A stretch of DNA of 63,969 bases, the filler included, from Reclinomonas americana ATCC 50394 (lineage: Eukaryota): NCBI GenBank assembly GCA_048213135.1. It is 17 parts of 17 records of this genome, joined end to end, with 100 filler letters (N's around TTAATTAATTAA, not from the genome) between each part and the next. Parts side by side here need not be neighbours in the genome. Positions count along the whole stretch, not along the records: positions 7,256 to 13,832 come from AFZH01019545.1; positions 13,933 to 16,365 come from AFZH01019546.1; positions 16,466 to 20,803 come from AFZH01019548.1; positions 20,904 to 23,210 come from AFZH01019549.1; positions 23,311 to 25,668 come from AFZH01019550.1; positions 25,769 to 27,044 come from AFZH01019551.1; 11 more parts are not named here. The stretch is one strand, 5' to 3'. The first letter of the stretch is position 1. The number at the start of each line of letters is the position of its first letter. Shown piece by piece: positions 13,017 to 26,294 of this stretch. The notes below the pieces were generated by a model. It was given only the letters and a program-made list of their open reading frames with translations, made no database searches and was not told the DNA's origin. The position numbers and the translations under genes were made by a program.

Positions 13017-14477
13017 TCAGTCGGAACCAGCGAGGATAACCTCAGTGGCCGAAGAGGACAATCGCTCCTTTGCTCTCTCCACCGAGGTGGAGGAGGAGGA
13101 GCTGATGGTGTTGGCAGTTGCGCGAATCACAACACCACAGATGCTGAAGTGTGCGTTGATGTACGCTGGGCACTGCAGCCAGAAGACTCGGATAACGTGA
13201 TCGTCGTCATAGGTGACAACGTAGCCGCGACGGTCGTCGTCGAGCTGTGTGTGTCACAGGAAAGTGAGTGCGTCGATGATATTGATGACATCAGATTGCA
13301 CATTACACGCAACTCTTGTGAGCACCATATCTGCTGCGCTGGGCCATTCGCCACTATCCAACTCGATCTTCAGCGTGCACAAATACCGCTTCCGCTTTCC
13401 GTCTGCAATCCGAGTGGCCATCATCGAGTACTCTCCATCCACAACAGCCTCCACCTCCTCGTCGTACTCGGAGAACACACGACCTGATTTGCAGTGCTTC
13501 GTGTAAGTGTCGACAGCATACGCAGCGCAGTTGCACACTTACAAATCTACACACCTTTGAATCCAGCAGAGCTGCTTTCTGTTTGTGGCTGGACTGTGTA
13601 GATCATGGAACCGCGGTTTCCGAAATCGATCTCGAATCTGGGTGGGTTGCGTCGCAGGCGTACTCTCGAATTGATGTAGCAGAAAACGCCAGTGGCTGGT
13701 AGAATCGGAGAAGAAGAGTAAGCATGTGCACACGCTCGAGAACACGATAAGTGCACACACTCACCTGTCTCGGCATCCCTGACTACCGCGAACTTCAACA
13801 CGCCGTGGGCGATGAAGCCCACTTCATATGGCNNNNNNNNNNNNNNNNNNNNNNNNNNNNNNNNNNNNNNNNNNNNTTAATTAATTAANNNNNNNNNNNN
13901 NNNNNNNNNNNNNNNNNNNNNNNNNNNNNNNNCTTGTTGGCGATCACTGGTAGATGCTCATTGTTGTGTATGGATCAGTGAAGTTTCTATTATTATTACG
14001 AATTCGTCCTCCATCCACATGTCCACAGGAGACTCGGTGCCGAAAATGTGCGGACACACAACGCATGCGTGCAACAACAGGCGAGGCGCGCAAAAGCCGT
14101 AGGAAAGGGCCATGACTGTGCTGCTTCGAACCGTCTGCCACGCAAAGCAGTGATGAGCAACGAGTGTCAAAGTTTTCTGCTCCTCCCCCCCTCTCTCTGT
14201 GTATGTACATGTGTGTCTGTGTGTGTGTGTGTGTGCGTGCGTGCTGTCAACCTGTGCTCCGCGTTTCCCATGTGTGAAGCGAACGCACCCCGTTTCGCAG
14301 AGCAGTGAGCGAGAAGACGACTTCTTCACGCGTGTCGACACTTCGGATCACATCCTGCATCGTCTCTCTGGTGACCATGCTCTTGCCTTTCACGAAGCCA
14401 TTGGCATACCGCTTGTGGATTCCACGGATGCGATCTTCAAACTCGTGCAGGGCTCTTGCCGACACGCCACAACCCAT
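13017..14477 (-). CDS. Hypothetical multi-exon protein, possibly dually acylated (MGCGVS); continuity across the gap is inferred
   Basis: Exons in 13017-13832 splice in frame through GT-AG introns to a TGA at 13017. An upstream exon starts ATG GGT TGT GGC GTG TCG at 14477 and ends at a GTGCGT donor. No family recognised. Confidence 0.5.
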
Positions 14478-15506
14478 TGCGATCTCTCAAGCAACCACAC
14501 GCGACAAACAAGCGAGTAGAGTGTGTGAAATCACTTCGTCCGTCTGTTTGGTTTCGTGATCAAACTGCGGACGCTGGCAGTGTGCACGTGCACGTGCGTG
14601 TGGGGTGTGGCGGAGACCGATTGTATCGTGCATCGCTACACTCGCAGCAGTCCAGCAGCAGTGGTGTGACGATGATCACGCATATGATCATGAATCACAC
14701 ACAACACATGTCTCTTTCGATGCAGACTGCGTGCAGCAGGTCGTCATAGTGCTCCGTGTCATTCGCTCTCTGATGGAGACAAAGGATGCTTCCGAGATGG
14801 TGCATGTTGTGCCTTGTGTAAATGAATGTCGTGTCTTCTCTCTCAAAATGCCTGAAAAACTTGTCGGGAGTCATATTTCAAATTTCCCTTATTTGTCAGT
14901 GGTTTTCTCTTGCACCGCATTGCCTCCCGCATCACCCACTCTGAATTGATGTGGGTATGTGGTTATCTGTCACTGAGTGATGGTCGGTACCAATCAATGC
15001 CGATCACTGCCAATCTTCGTAAAAACTTCGCTGCAATCAGTCGAAGACGGGGGAGAATGTCGTCTCAAGGACTGGCTCGCAACAATCAACGTGACATGTG
15101 TACAATCCACTGGTCAACCACGCTTATGCGGTGAAGATCGCAGTTCTCGACTTGTTCGGAGCTCCGAGAGCGAACACACACACACACAAGGAACCTGCAG
15201 CTGCCTCAAGATTGGTGTCTGTGTTGATGTTTTGGATTCGGTTGAACTTGGTCATCAAGACAGCTGTTGCTTGTTTGTCAGTGAATGAATTGAAGTATCC
15301 GGGCACATTTTTTGTTTGGATACCGGTTTTCGTGTATCAGTATTAATTAATATCATCATTGTGGACCCCAGTGACAGTGCTTTCTTCTGCCTCTCCTTAC
15401 GTCAAGCAGAGATGCATGATTAACTCCACACATGCAGGCATCCACGACTTCCGCGACATGCATGAGCGTCCCCGCCGGTCGCCTGTCCCACCGTTGCCAA
15501 CAAAAA

Positions 15507-16165
15507 ATGTCGGGCGGAGGGCGCGATGACACGCTCAGCAACCAGCGCTTCTCGCTGACCACTCCACTGGCACACACCGGAAGCAGCGGCAGCAACAGAC
15601 AAGGAGAAGACAGTGGAGGCAGCGGAGGAGGAGGAAGTGGACAGGGCTTCGGCCTCCTGCAGCAGGGCATGGTTGCCATTGAGCTGGCACCACTGGGAGC
15701 AAGTGCGAATGGCGCTGGCGGTAATGGTGGAAGCCCGTCCAGTGGAGGTGGGAGGAGAGTGTCGGGCATTGGACTGGGAGGTGCTCCTGCGTCACCGGAG
15801 GCAGTTGCGTGTGATTCTCGCACACGCGCGCACACACACGCACACGCACACGCACATACATACACGCAGACACCGCATGTGCGTTGAGCGAGCTTTGCAG
15901 AGAGGAGTGACTGTGTGAGATCAATCTCTCACTCAGTGACATTCTGCACTCTCCTCACTCACTCCTCACTCGCTCCCTCAGTGGAGGACTATGCGCGAAT
16001 TCCACGGTGGCATCAAAGAACAGTTGCGCGAACACCATCTCTCTCATTCTCCTCTCCTCGCTCACCTCTCTCTCTCTCCGTTCTCACAGATGGTACCAAC
16101 CGATCCCGGAGCTCATTCTCACCGACAACAACCGCCCGCTGCCGTCGTCACTCATACAGCAGGGC
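15507..16165 (+). CDS. 5' part of a hypothetical gene (Gly/Ser-rich N-terminus), truncated by a gap
   Basis: ATG at 15507; donors at 15804 and 16023 and acceptors at 15981 and 16089 give ...SPEA-WRTMREFHGGIKEQ-WYQPIPELILTDNNRPLPSSLIQQ with GC-rich third positions. Confidence 0.5.
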
Positions 16166-16770
16166 ACGCGAGCGTCCATTCTCCTGTTGCGTCTGCCCTT
16201 TCTCTCCCTCCTTCATTCACTTCCTCTCTCCCTTGCTCCGTTCTTCATTTCCTCTCTCCGTCCCTCGCCGTTCTGTTTCGCTCTTTGCCTCGCTTCTTCT
16301 CCTCTCCTCTCCACTCCTTTCCCTCTCCTCTCCTCTCCACTCCTTTCCCTCTCCTCTCCTCTCCTNNNNNNNNNNNNNNNNNNNNNNNNNNNNNNNNNNN
16401 NNNNNNNNNTTAATTAATTAANNNNNNNNNNNNNNNNNNNNNNNNNNNNNNNNNNNNNNNNNNNNGGGAGTAGGCGCAGCACGAGGAGAAGGAAGAGTGG
16501 GGCGCAAGAGACCTGCACATGCACGATCGTGATTCACACACACGCACGCACGCGCACACAGTGAAGGACGTGCGCGCGTGTGGTGTCATTGCATTTCACG
16601 TGCGTTGCATGGCGTGCAGGTGGGAGGAGGAGGAGGAGGTGGAGAAGGCAGGCGCGTTGTCGGAAGAGTGGACATGCACATGCACACACTGACTGACTCG
16701 CAAAAAAGAGTTTTTCTTTCTTTCTTTCACGTGGAAAGAAGAGATTGTGTGTGGGTGTATGTGGTACGCA

Positions 16771-16835
16771 CCGCCACCACGTCCGCCGCCAAAGCCACCG
16801 CCACGTCCGCCGCCAAAGCCACCACGACCGCTCAT
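16771..16835 (-). CDS. First exon of an RGG/GAR-box protein (fibrillarin- or GAR1-like); remainder lost in the gap
   Basis: MSGRGGFGGGRGGGFGGGRGG followed by a GTGCGT donor. Confidence 0.6.
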
Positions 16836-17322
16836 TGTGATTGAAAAGGAAAGGAAGTAGGCGCGAGCCGCCGAGTGTTTGTCCCAGTTACAAAACTGAA
16901 GCGTCGGAAACGGGCTACATGACCAACTTCCACACAAACACTAGTCTCGACAGCAGCAGATGGGCTATTCGTGTGCTTGCTCTGGGGAGCGGGTCGGGAG
17001 CTTCGAATTCGAGTTCGAACATCGATATCGCGATCGCCAATTGCAAAAAATCCTCTCGAGGCCAACACGCGTTTGATTGGCTTTGCCTCCTGGAAAAGAA
17101 GATGTCTGTTGGAGAAGAGTAAGTGTGTGCTATGTATATTGTTGTATTGTAACAAGGTCATTGTCGGCAAATCGCATTACTGCATGCAGTGTTTTTCTTG
17201 TTCGAAAACTGCGTTGTTGGTCACCGCTTCTGCGATCGTACACGACGCGTCCAATCGCCGGGGAAAACGCCTCAAAGCCAGGCAAACAAAGCGGCCGGAT
17301 CCGATCGCTGCTATGATGACAT

Positions 17323-20300
17323 TCATTGCGGATCCCCTCCAGCCCTCTTCATCTCCCCCACTCCTTCCTCCAACGGCAGCGGCTGCTGCTGTCGCCGTTG
17401 CTGCTGTCGGTACTCGCAAGCCGCCAGCATATTCTCCGCCGTGATGGTCCACCGATCTTGCGGGCCAAACACCTCTCTGCAGCTGGAGACGCACTCGATC
17501 ATCAGCGTCTCCGCCTCGGCAACCAGCTCACACCGCAGCAGGCAGATGCCAAAGTTGATACACGTGTACAGCGTCGACTCGTGCTTGTCGCCCAGCACCT
17601 CACGTCGCACCGCCAAGCACTCGACGAACAGTTCGGCGGCCTCCGCCACCGATGCCACGGTGCGTTGTCGGTCAAGGGTGACTGCCAGGTTGTTCATCGC
17701 CGTGAGAGTGTCGGGGTGGCGGTTGCCGAGCACACGTCTCCGCGCAATCAGCACCTCGCGCTCGAGCTGAATGTTCTCCGCCGCCCGCAGCGGGTCCTGG
17801 ATGTTGGAGGCGAGGTTGCCGAGGGAGACCAGAGTCTCCAGGTGCTCTTCGCCGAGCACCCGCCGCCGCAGTTCCCAGCACTGACGATCCAGCACCTCTG
17901 CCTCTCCATGCTGCTTGCGGTTGAAGTGGTGCTTGGCGCGGTACACGAGCGTGCGCAAGCTGTCGGGGTGCGCCTCGCCCAGTGTGGCGCACTGCTGGGC
18001 GTGGCACTGCTCCAACAACCCCAAGTCGTCCGTCACAAATGCCAACCACATCACGCACCGAAAGGCATCCATGGTCTCCAGCGTCGACAAGAAGCGCTGC
18101 CGCTCCATGTACAGCTGCCACGCATGGTGTCGCATCATCTTGCAGCGGCTCCACTCCCGCGACATCTCGTACAACCAGGCACAACACGAGGCCGCCGCCG
18201 TCAGCAGTGCACCATGCGTTGCTGTCGGTACATCACGCACACAGTGCGTCACCCGCTGCGCGAGAAGCGAGGCCGTCGCCAGCCCAAAGCCCTGCGGCGG
18301 CAGGAAATTCGATCGGCTCTGCTCACCAATCCACTCAATCGCCCCACACTGCAGCATGACGGTGCGCTCCCCAATGGCGGTCTCGTCCCACATGGCCGTG
18401 TCCTCCGCTAGTCGGCGCCACAGCGTGTGTAGCACGCCGAGAATGTCGCGTGCCACGAGCTGCGCACCATCGCTGTCCTCGCGCAAATCGATCGCCGTCA
18501 GCACGCAACAAACGAGCCGCAATACGAGCTGTTGCGTCCGTGCCACGGCCTTGCCGCTGCGAGTCACAATCCACCGCGCAATCTCGTCGTGCACTCTGTA
18601 CTCCTCCGCCACGTTGCCCTCGCGCACATGCTCACCCGCGAGAATGCGAGCCACGCTGTCTGAACTGCCACTGATATTTACCGTCACCAGTGTCGACGCC
18701 GCCAGACTCTGCAACACTTGCGCCACCCTCTCGCCACCACCGCCACCGCTGCCACCAACCGTCAGCAGGCGGCTACGCCGCGAGCGCACAGCCTGCTCCT
18801 CTTCCACGTTCAACTCGTCAAACTGCAATGCTTCGCCCACCAGATCCGGCGCACGCTGTCGCCTCTCCTTGGCCAGCTCGTGCAGTCGCAGGCAACGCAC
18901 CGATTGACTCAGTTCCAACAACCGACCCACATGCTCCTCATACTCCATCACCACATCTTCCGGCGCCGCTGCCGCCGCCGCCGCCTCCTCCCCTTCCTTC
19001 CCATCGTCCACGTCGGGGATCGCGCTCAGCACGCCGAGCGCCACTCGTGCCAGCGCCAGGGTCACCGGCAAGCCGAGTTCTTTGCAGGCCGTGATCAGTA
19101 CCAGCATGCGGCGAGCCTCCGTCGTCTGCGACATGACGTTGCGCTCGAGAAGACGTGAGAGCGCGTCGCCGCTAATGTCGCTCAGTACGGCCTCGAGTTG
19201 TGCGCCCGCCAGGTCCGCGGGGGATTGGGAGAGAAGCCAGCTGTGAAGGGGGTAGAGGGGGGGAAGGGGGAAAAGGGGGAAAGGGGGAGAGGGGGGAAGG
19301 GGGGAAGGGAGAGGGTGAGAAAAGAGGGGGAAAGAATGAGAGCAAGTGTGCGTGTGAGTGAAAGAGAGAAAGAAAAAGAGGAAGAGCGGAGGGAGCGGGA
19401 GAATGGTAGAAACACAAACTGCGAGACATAGAAAGCAAGAATGGGAGAAAGAGAGGGCTGGAGAGAGAAGGGTAGAAGAAATGTAGCGAGAAAGGAAGAA
19501 TGGAAGACAGGAAGTAGGAAGGAGAGACGAATGTTTCTCTCCAACTCTGTCTCATTTGCAATCCCCTGGTGTGTGTCTCTACTCACCCCACACAGGCACT
19601 CACTCGCAGCGCGCTATTGTGCTCCTGCCCGTGCTCCAGCGCGCGCACAATTTGCTGTCGCACCTCATCCGACGCCACCTCGCGCAACCTCTCCTCCACC
19701 AGCTGCGCCACATCGCCGCTCTCCACATCCTCCACCCGCACGCACTCCACCTCCACGTCGTGCCCCACAATCACGCCATGAATCTCGTCCGCCACCTGCC
19801 CGTGGCGACTCGTGACCACCACAACGGGCGCCACCATGCCATCTGTCGACAGTAATCAGCGAATCACCGACCTGCTCACTCTCTCTTTCCTCACGCGCGC
19901 ACCACCAGCACACTGAACGACGTCTCGCACTTGCTCCGCGGAGCCGACATTGTCGAGCACCATCACGCCGCTCGACGCATGCATCAAGTGTCGCAGGAGA
20001 CGACGCGAAGGCGCCACGTCTCCACTCGCCAGCAGCGAGTCCACCTGGCTGGCCATTCTCCGACCCTCTGCCTCGTCCGCCCGCATCTGTGCCGCCACAA
20101 AGGCACGCAGCAACTCGCTGACGGCACCGGCCGCCTGCCACACACGCGAGATGAGACCAAGGGGAAAGGGGAGGAAGGAGTGACTGCGCCCACCTTTACA
20201 TGCTCTTGCGCGTCAGCCACGTGACCGCGCATCTCCACCGACACGGCGGAACCGTTCCAGTGGTCAGTGGCACTCAACTCGCTCACCAGCAGCTCGGCGA

Positions 20301-20656
20301 GGAATGACTTGCCGCTGCCGCCGTCGCCGGTGAGAACGACGATGATGGGGTGGTGTGCTGTGAGAAGGGGAGGAGGAGGGGTAGGGTGAGAAGACAGAGA
20401 GAGAGCGAATGGAAGCAACTGTGAGAGAGACTACTTCGTGAGCGAAGAACGACATTAGACAGCTCATGAGCAGAGGATTGAGAGACACTGAAGAGTGACT
20501 GAAAGAACGAGAAGGCAAGTTTACAGAGAGCGAGAGTGAGGCATGGAGACAGTAAGCTCTGAGAAGTGAGCGCTAATCGGAGAGACAAGACGCAGCTGAG
20601 CAGCAAGGATGGCCGCGACAACGAACGATCGGAGAAATGCAGAGGAATGCAAGAGA

Positions 20657-20688
<32 letters not shown>

Positions 20689-20757
20689 CAGAGAAGAGAG
20701 AGAAGAGAGAAGAGAAGCACAGGAGACAGGTTGGGGCGAATCGCAAAGACACAATGT

Positions 20758-20803
<46 letters not shown>

Positions 20804-21007
20804 NNNNNNNNNNNNNNNNNNNNNNNNNNNNNNNNNNNNNNNNNNNNTTAATTAATTAANNNNNNNNNNNNNNNNNNNNNNNNNNNNNNNNNNNNNNNNN
20901 NNNCGCAATGAGCGGCTCAACGCGAACTGCAGCACAAAGAGTGAGTGTGAGAGAGACAGAAAACAAGGCAAACACGGCCGACAAAAGTCACCTTCGCTCT
21001 CGCTCAT
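17323..21007 (-). CDS. STAND/NB-ARC-like P-loop NTPase with C-terminal TPR (kinesin-light-chain-type) repeats; NLR-like architecture
   Basis: Walker A VVLTGDGGSGKSFLA, Walker B GVMVLDNV, sensor VVVTSR, NSALRVSACVGWL, and five repeats of the type RRRVLGxxHPDTLxxxxNLA. The start at 21007 (MSESE/VRVEPLIA) lies across a gap and is tentative. Confidence 0.75.
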
Positions 21008-21462
21008 GAAAAAAGCTAAAAATGCGCGCGGCGACGTTCATCCACACTGCGGACTGATCTGTTTTGCAGTGCCCCTTGTGCGTGTATGTGAGAGCAACAG
21101 GCACTGCATTGCATTGGCGGACATGGAGAGACGACAGCAGCAGCAGCAGCGCGTGAGAAAATGCAAAATGAGTAACGTCGACGTTTCCGGGAAAGAAGAC
21201 AGGAGAAGAGAGGAAACAGCAGTAGCGGTAGTGAGAAGCGGAAAAACATGAGGGCACGCGGAAGGTGCTTCCGTCGTTGTTTGCCTCGACGTCCCACACG
21301 AGTCCCACAGACAACTTTCTCGGAGTCGGGGTTCCTCACGCAGACACACTCCTTGCTGTCATCGCCCGCGTGCGTGTCTGTCATCCTCTTACCTCCGCCG
21401 ATCTCCGCCTCCGCCTTTCTTTGCTCGCTTGTGTGCGCGTTTGTGTGTGTGAGTGATCGCTG

Positions 21463-24400
21463 ATGATGAGCGGTGGCGGCCCCGGGGCCACCACTCGTCG
21501 CCCGATGTTGGGTGCCTCGGCCTCTGCACCTCCGTCCTCCTCCTCGTCATCGTCAGGTGGTCCGCTGAAGAAGATCAGTATCAAACCATTCAAGGGTGAG
21601 ATGTCCCACTTTTGTCACTTGTTGCAAACACACACACACGCACACACACACACACACACTCACATACACTCACATTCACTCACTCTCTCTGTCTCACACA
21701 CACATTGATACACTCAAGCACTCACTCGCACACTCTATCGCACACTATTGCACACACACAGACACTCACTCACTCGCTCACACACCCACACCCACACACA
21801 CTGAGCTGACTTCTCTTCTGTTCTTTGTGCCTCTCAGTGCAACCAAAGGTTCCAGAAAACTTCTTTGAAGTGACTTGGGCCAAATTGAAGGACGCAGTGG
21901 GCGCCATCTTTTGCAAGCGAAAGGTTTGTGTGTGCGCGTGTGTCTCTGTGTTGTGGTTGGAATGCGCATGCGAGGAGGAGTGAGAGCGGGAATTGGCGCG
22001 ATTTTTTGATGTGATACTGATTGTATTCAAAGAGCTCTGTGGTGACGCGTTTTTTTCTTCGCTCAATGGAGTGTGTCGTGTGAAGTTCGCTATTGGGGCG
22101 TGCCTATCGCTTTAGTGGAGTAGTGGCGGGGTGGCGCCTGACAGTAGCTATTTCTCGCTCTTGTGGATTGGGGGACACAACGCCAGTCATTCCTCACTTG
22201 TTGTTCACACTCTCGCTTGGCGCACTGTTTACTCGGGTTCTGAATCACACGCCTCTTGCGCTCTGTGTGACACCTGGCACCTGTGGTCTTCTCATGTCGT
22301 TCTCTCTCTCATTCACTCTTGATCGTGCTCTTTTCTCACTCTCGCTTGGCGCACTGTTTACCCGGGTTCTGAATCACACGCTCCTTGTCCTCTGTGGCAA
22401 CTGTGGTCTTCCCATGCCGTTCTCTCTCTCTCACACACGCACTCTCGCACTCTCGCACTCTTGTGACGTGCTCTACTCGCACCGAGCCTCGAGTGACGGC
22501 GGACAGCTCTCACTGGTGTACTTGTCGCTCGCACTCTCTGCTCTTGGCGCACTGTTCACTGGTTCTGAATCGCTCGCGCCTATCACTTTGACTCCATCCC
22601 TCCTCTTTCCTTCTCCCTCTCTCTCCCTCCCCCTCCTCCCGCTTCTCCTCGCCCCCCATTCTCACCCTTCCCCTCTCTCCCCCTCTCCAGACAAACGCCT
22701 CATCGGAGGAGCTCTACCAATCAACCAAGGACCTCTGCCTTCACAAGCACGGCGCACAGTTGTACGCACGGCTGCGCGACGAGTGCGAGCAGTTCGTGGT
22801 GCAGAAGCAAGTACGACTGGTGCACCAGGTGGGCTCCGAGATCAACGGGTTCCTGATGGCCGTGGACGAGACGTGGAATGATCACGTGAATCAGATGGTG
22901 CGTGTTCTCGCGCTGCTCCCTTTTCCCCCGCCCTTCTTCCCTCTCTCACCCCCATCCACTCCAGCGGCACATTCGTGACATTTTCACCGAGCTCATGCAC
23001 TCGTACGTGCGACAAAACACCGGCGTGCGTTCGATCTGGGACATGGGCATGCAACTATTTCGGGATTTGGTGATCCTGCAGCCGGAGATCCAGCGGGCGT
23101 GTGTCAGTGCACTGTTGCAGCTGGTGCAACGGGATCGCATGGGCGAGACGGTCAATCGATCGCTGCTGAAGAGCGTGACGCGCATGCTCATTTCGTTGCA
23201 AGTCTACGGCNNNNNNNNNNNNNNNNNNNNNNNNNNNNNNNNNNNNNNNNNNNNTTAATTAATTAANNNNNNNNNNNNNNNNNNNNNNNNNNNNNNNNNN
23301 NNNNNNNNNNTCCACTTCTCTCCACTTCTCTTTTCTTCTTCTCTTCTTCTCATCTCGTCACTTACCTTCTATTCTCTCTTTTCTTCTCTCTTCCCTTCTT
23401 TTCTCTTCGGTCCTCATCTCTTCTCTTGCTGCTGCTGCTGCTGCGCAGTGTGGTTTTGTGCGCTTGTCGTACACGGCGACGGTCTCCTCTGTTTTTCTCT
23501 CTGCTCTTGCGGTCTTCTTTTTCTCTTGTTTTTCTTCTATTCTCTTGCTGCTGCGCAGTGAGGATGATTTGTGCACTTGTCGTGCGCATCAGCGATCACA
23601 GTCCTTCAATTCTCTTCTCTCCTTTCTATTCTCTCCTCTCTCCTCTCAATTCTCCCCCTTCTCTTCTCTCCTCATCTCTTATCCTCTCCTCTCTCCTCTC
23701 TATTCTTTCCCCTTCTCTCTTCTCTTCCCTTCATTTCTCTTTGTCATCCCTTCTCTTTCTTTTCCCTTCTCACTCTCCGTCACCGCGCAGGGAGTGGGCG
23801 GTGCCATTGTCATGGACCCCGAACGAGACCCGAACATGGTGCAGGATCTGCTCGATTTCAAGGACAAGCTCGACCGCATCCTCGTGGACGCGTTCGACAA
23901 GCACGACGACTTTACATACACGCTCAAGGTTCGTTTTATGATCACGTTGACTCTCCATCGTTGCTGGTTGCTAACACGCGACGGCAGGAATCGTTTGAGA
24001 ACTTCATTAACCGACGCCAGAACAAGCCGGCCGAGTTGGTGGCCAAGTACATTGACAAGCTGATGCGCTCGAAGAGCAAGGTCGCCGACGTGGAGATGGA
24101 CGCACTGATGGATCGCTTGTTGATTATCTTCCGATACATTCAAGGTGGGGGCGCACCGATGCTTCAACATCTCGTGTGTGTGGCGTCTCACCTTCCACCC
24201 GCACAGGCAAGGATGTGTTCGAGGCCTTTTACAAGAAAGATTTGGCCAAGCGGCTGCTCCTGGGCAAGACCTCGTCATACGAAGCCGAACGGTCGATGAT
24301 CACCAAGCTCAAGACCGAGTGCGGTGCCGGCTTCACCTCCAAGCTCGAGAAGATGTTTGCCGATATTGAGGTGAGGGGAAGCGGGGGAAGGGGACGAGAA

Positions 24401-25603
24401 AGGGAGAGGAGAGAAGGAGAGGAAACATGCATGGTGCATGTAGCAGCAAGATGGCAAGTGCGGAGGGAGAGTGGCACAGAGAATCGATAAGTGTTAAATG
24501 TACAAGAAAAGGGAGAGAGAAAGTGAGAGGAGAGAGCGTGATGGAGAGGAAACATGCATGGTGCATGTAGCAGCAAGATTGCAAGTGCGGAGGGAGAGTG
24601 GCACAGAGAATCGATAAGTGTCAAAGGTACAAGAAATAGGGAGAGAGAAGGAGAGCACGATGGAGCGCAGCACGTGCGGTGCATCACAGTATGATGGGTG
24701 GGCGTGGCTAGTGCAGAGACCGCAGATTTGAGAAGTGTGGGATGAACGAACACGGGGAAGGATTTAGCCAGAAGGGAGGAAAGAATGTCTTGCTGGGTAG
24801 CTACTGAGTAAGAGCAAGAGGGAGGCGCGACACACAAAACAGTGAGGCGCAGCGCCGCAGAGCAACGAGTGTGCTCGTTTGTGGCTGAAGGCAGTGCCCC
24901 GCCTTTGCTCCTCTGCTCACACGCTTTTGCTCTCCCCACACAGGTCTCCAAGGACATTGTGGCCGGCTTCAAGCAGACGCGCGAATACTCGACGTACGAC
25001 TACGATCTCACCGTGAATGTGCTGACCACTGGCTCGTGGCCACCATACCCGGCAGTGACGGTCAAGCTCCCCGACAATCTGGCACGCGGCACCGACATCT
25101 TCACCAAGTACTACACGCTGAAGCACAACGGTCGCCGACTGCACTGGCAGCACACGCTAGGTGCGTGCCAGCTGAAGGCCTACTTCCCCAAGGGTCGCAA
25201 GGAGCTGGAAGTGTCGCTGTTCCAGGTGCGTGTGTGTTGGAGAGAATGAGCTGTCTCAACTGGTGACTGACCGACTGTCGGTTACAGGCGGTGGTGCTCC
25301 TGCTCTTCAACGACCGCGAGGCGTGGGCCTTTGCCGACCTCCTCGTTGCGACGCAGCTACCAGCTGCCGAACTGAAGCGCACTCTGCAATCGTTGTCGGT
25401 GGCGAAAGTCAGACCACTGCGGAAAGTGCCACATGTTGCGTTTCGCGGGAGCGGGAAAGGGTCACTGTCTTCCTTTTCTCTCGTCCCCTCAGTTCGCTCT
25501 CACTTGCCTGTCCGACGTGTTGTTCATGTGTCTTCGTGTCTTGTGTGATTTCTTCTCTACACACCTCGCGCGTTGCCTTTCTTCGTCGTCTCTCTGTCTC
25601 TCC

Positions 25604-25668
<65 letters not shown>

Positions 25669-25791
25669 NNNNNNNNNNNNNNNNNNNNNNNNNNNNNNNN
25701 NNNNNNNNNNNNTTAATTAATTAANNNNNNNNNNNNNNNNNNNNNNNNNNNNNNNNNNNNNNNNNNNNACTCATACCCTTTCCCTTCCTTC

Positions 25792-25847
<56 letters not shown>

Positions 25848-26294
25848 CGCTCTCGCTCTCTCCCCCACTGACTGTATTCTGCAACCCTACCTCTCTGTTC
25901 TTGTGCTCATCTCCCCCCTCCTTTCTTCTTTCTCTTTCCTCTTCCCGTGCAGTCACGCGACGTGGACGACACGGACGTGTTCGAGTTCAACGGCGACTTT
26001 ACGAATCGGCAAATCAAGGTCAAGGTCAACACGATCCAGTTGAAGGAGACCGCCGAGGAGAACGCCAGCACCAACGAGAAGGTGTTCCTAGACCGCCAGT
26101 ACCTCATCGACGCCGCGGTTGTGCGCACGATGAAGGCGCGCAAGACGTTGACGCACACGCAGCTGATGGCGGAGCTGTTCAACCAGCTCAAGTTCCACAT
26201 GAAGGCGTCGGATGTGAAGAAGCGCATCGAGTCGCTGATCGACCGTGAGTATTTGAGACGCGACGATGACCAGAGCTCCACGTATCATTACTTG
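21463..26294 (+). CDS. CUL4: Cullin-4, multi-exon; middle part in a gap, terminal exon after the donor at 26295 not located
   Basis: [91 protein letters not shown]; neddylation motif [25 protein letters not shown]. Confidence 0.93.

Noticed and set aside
16983..17040. GTTCGA B-box-like motifs (also ~49757 and ~58025) suggesting tRNA or SINE
   Set aside because: No cloverleaf, acceptor stem or convincing A-box could be built.
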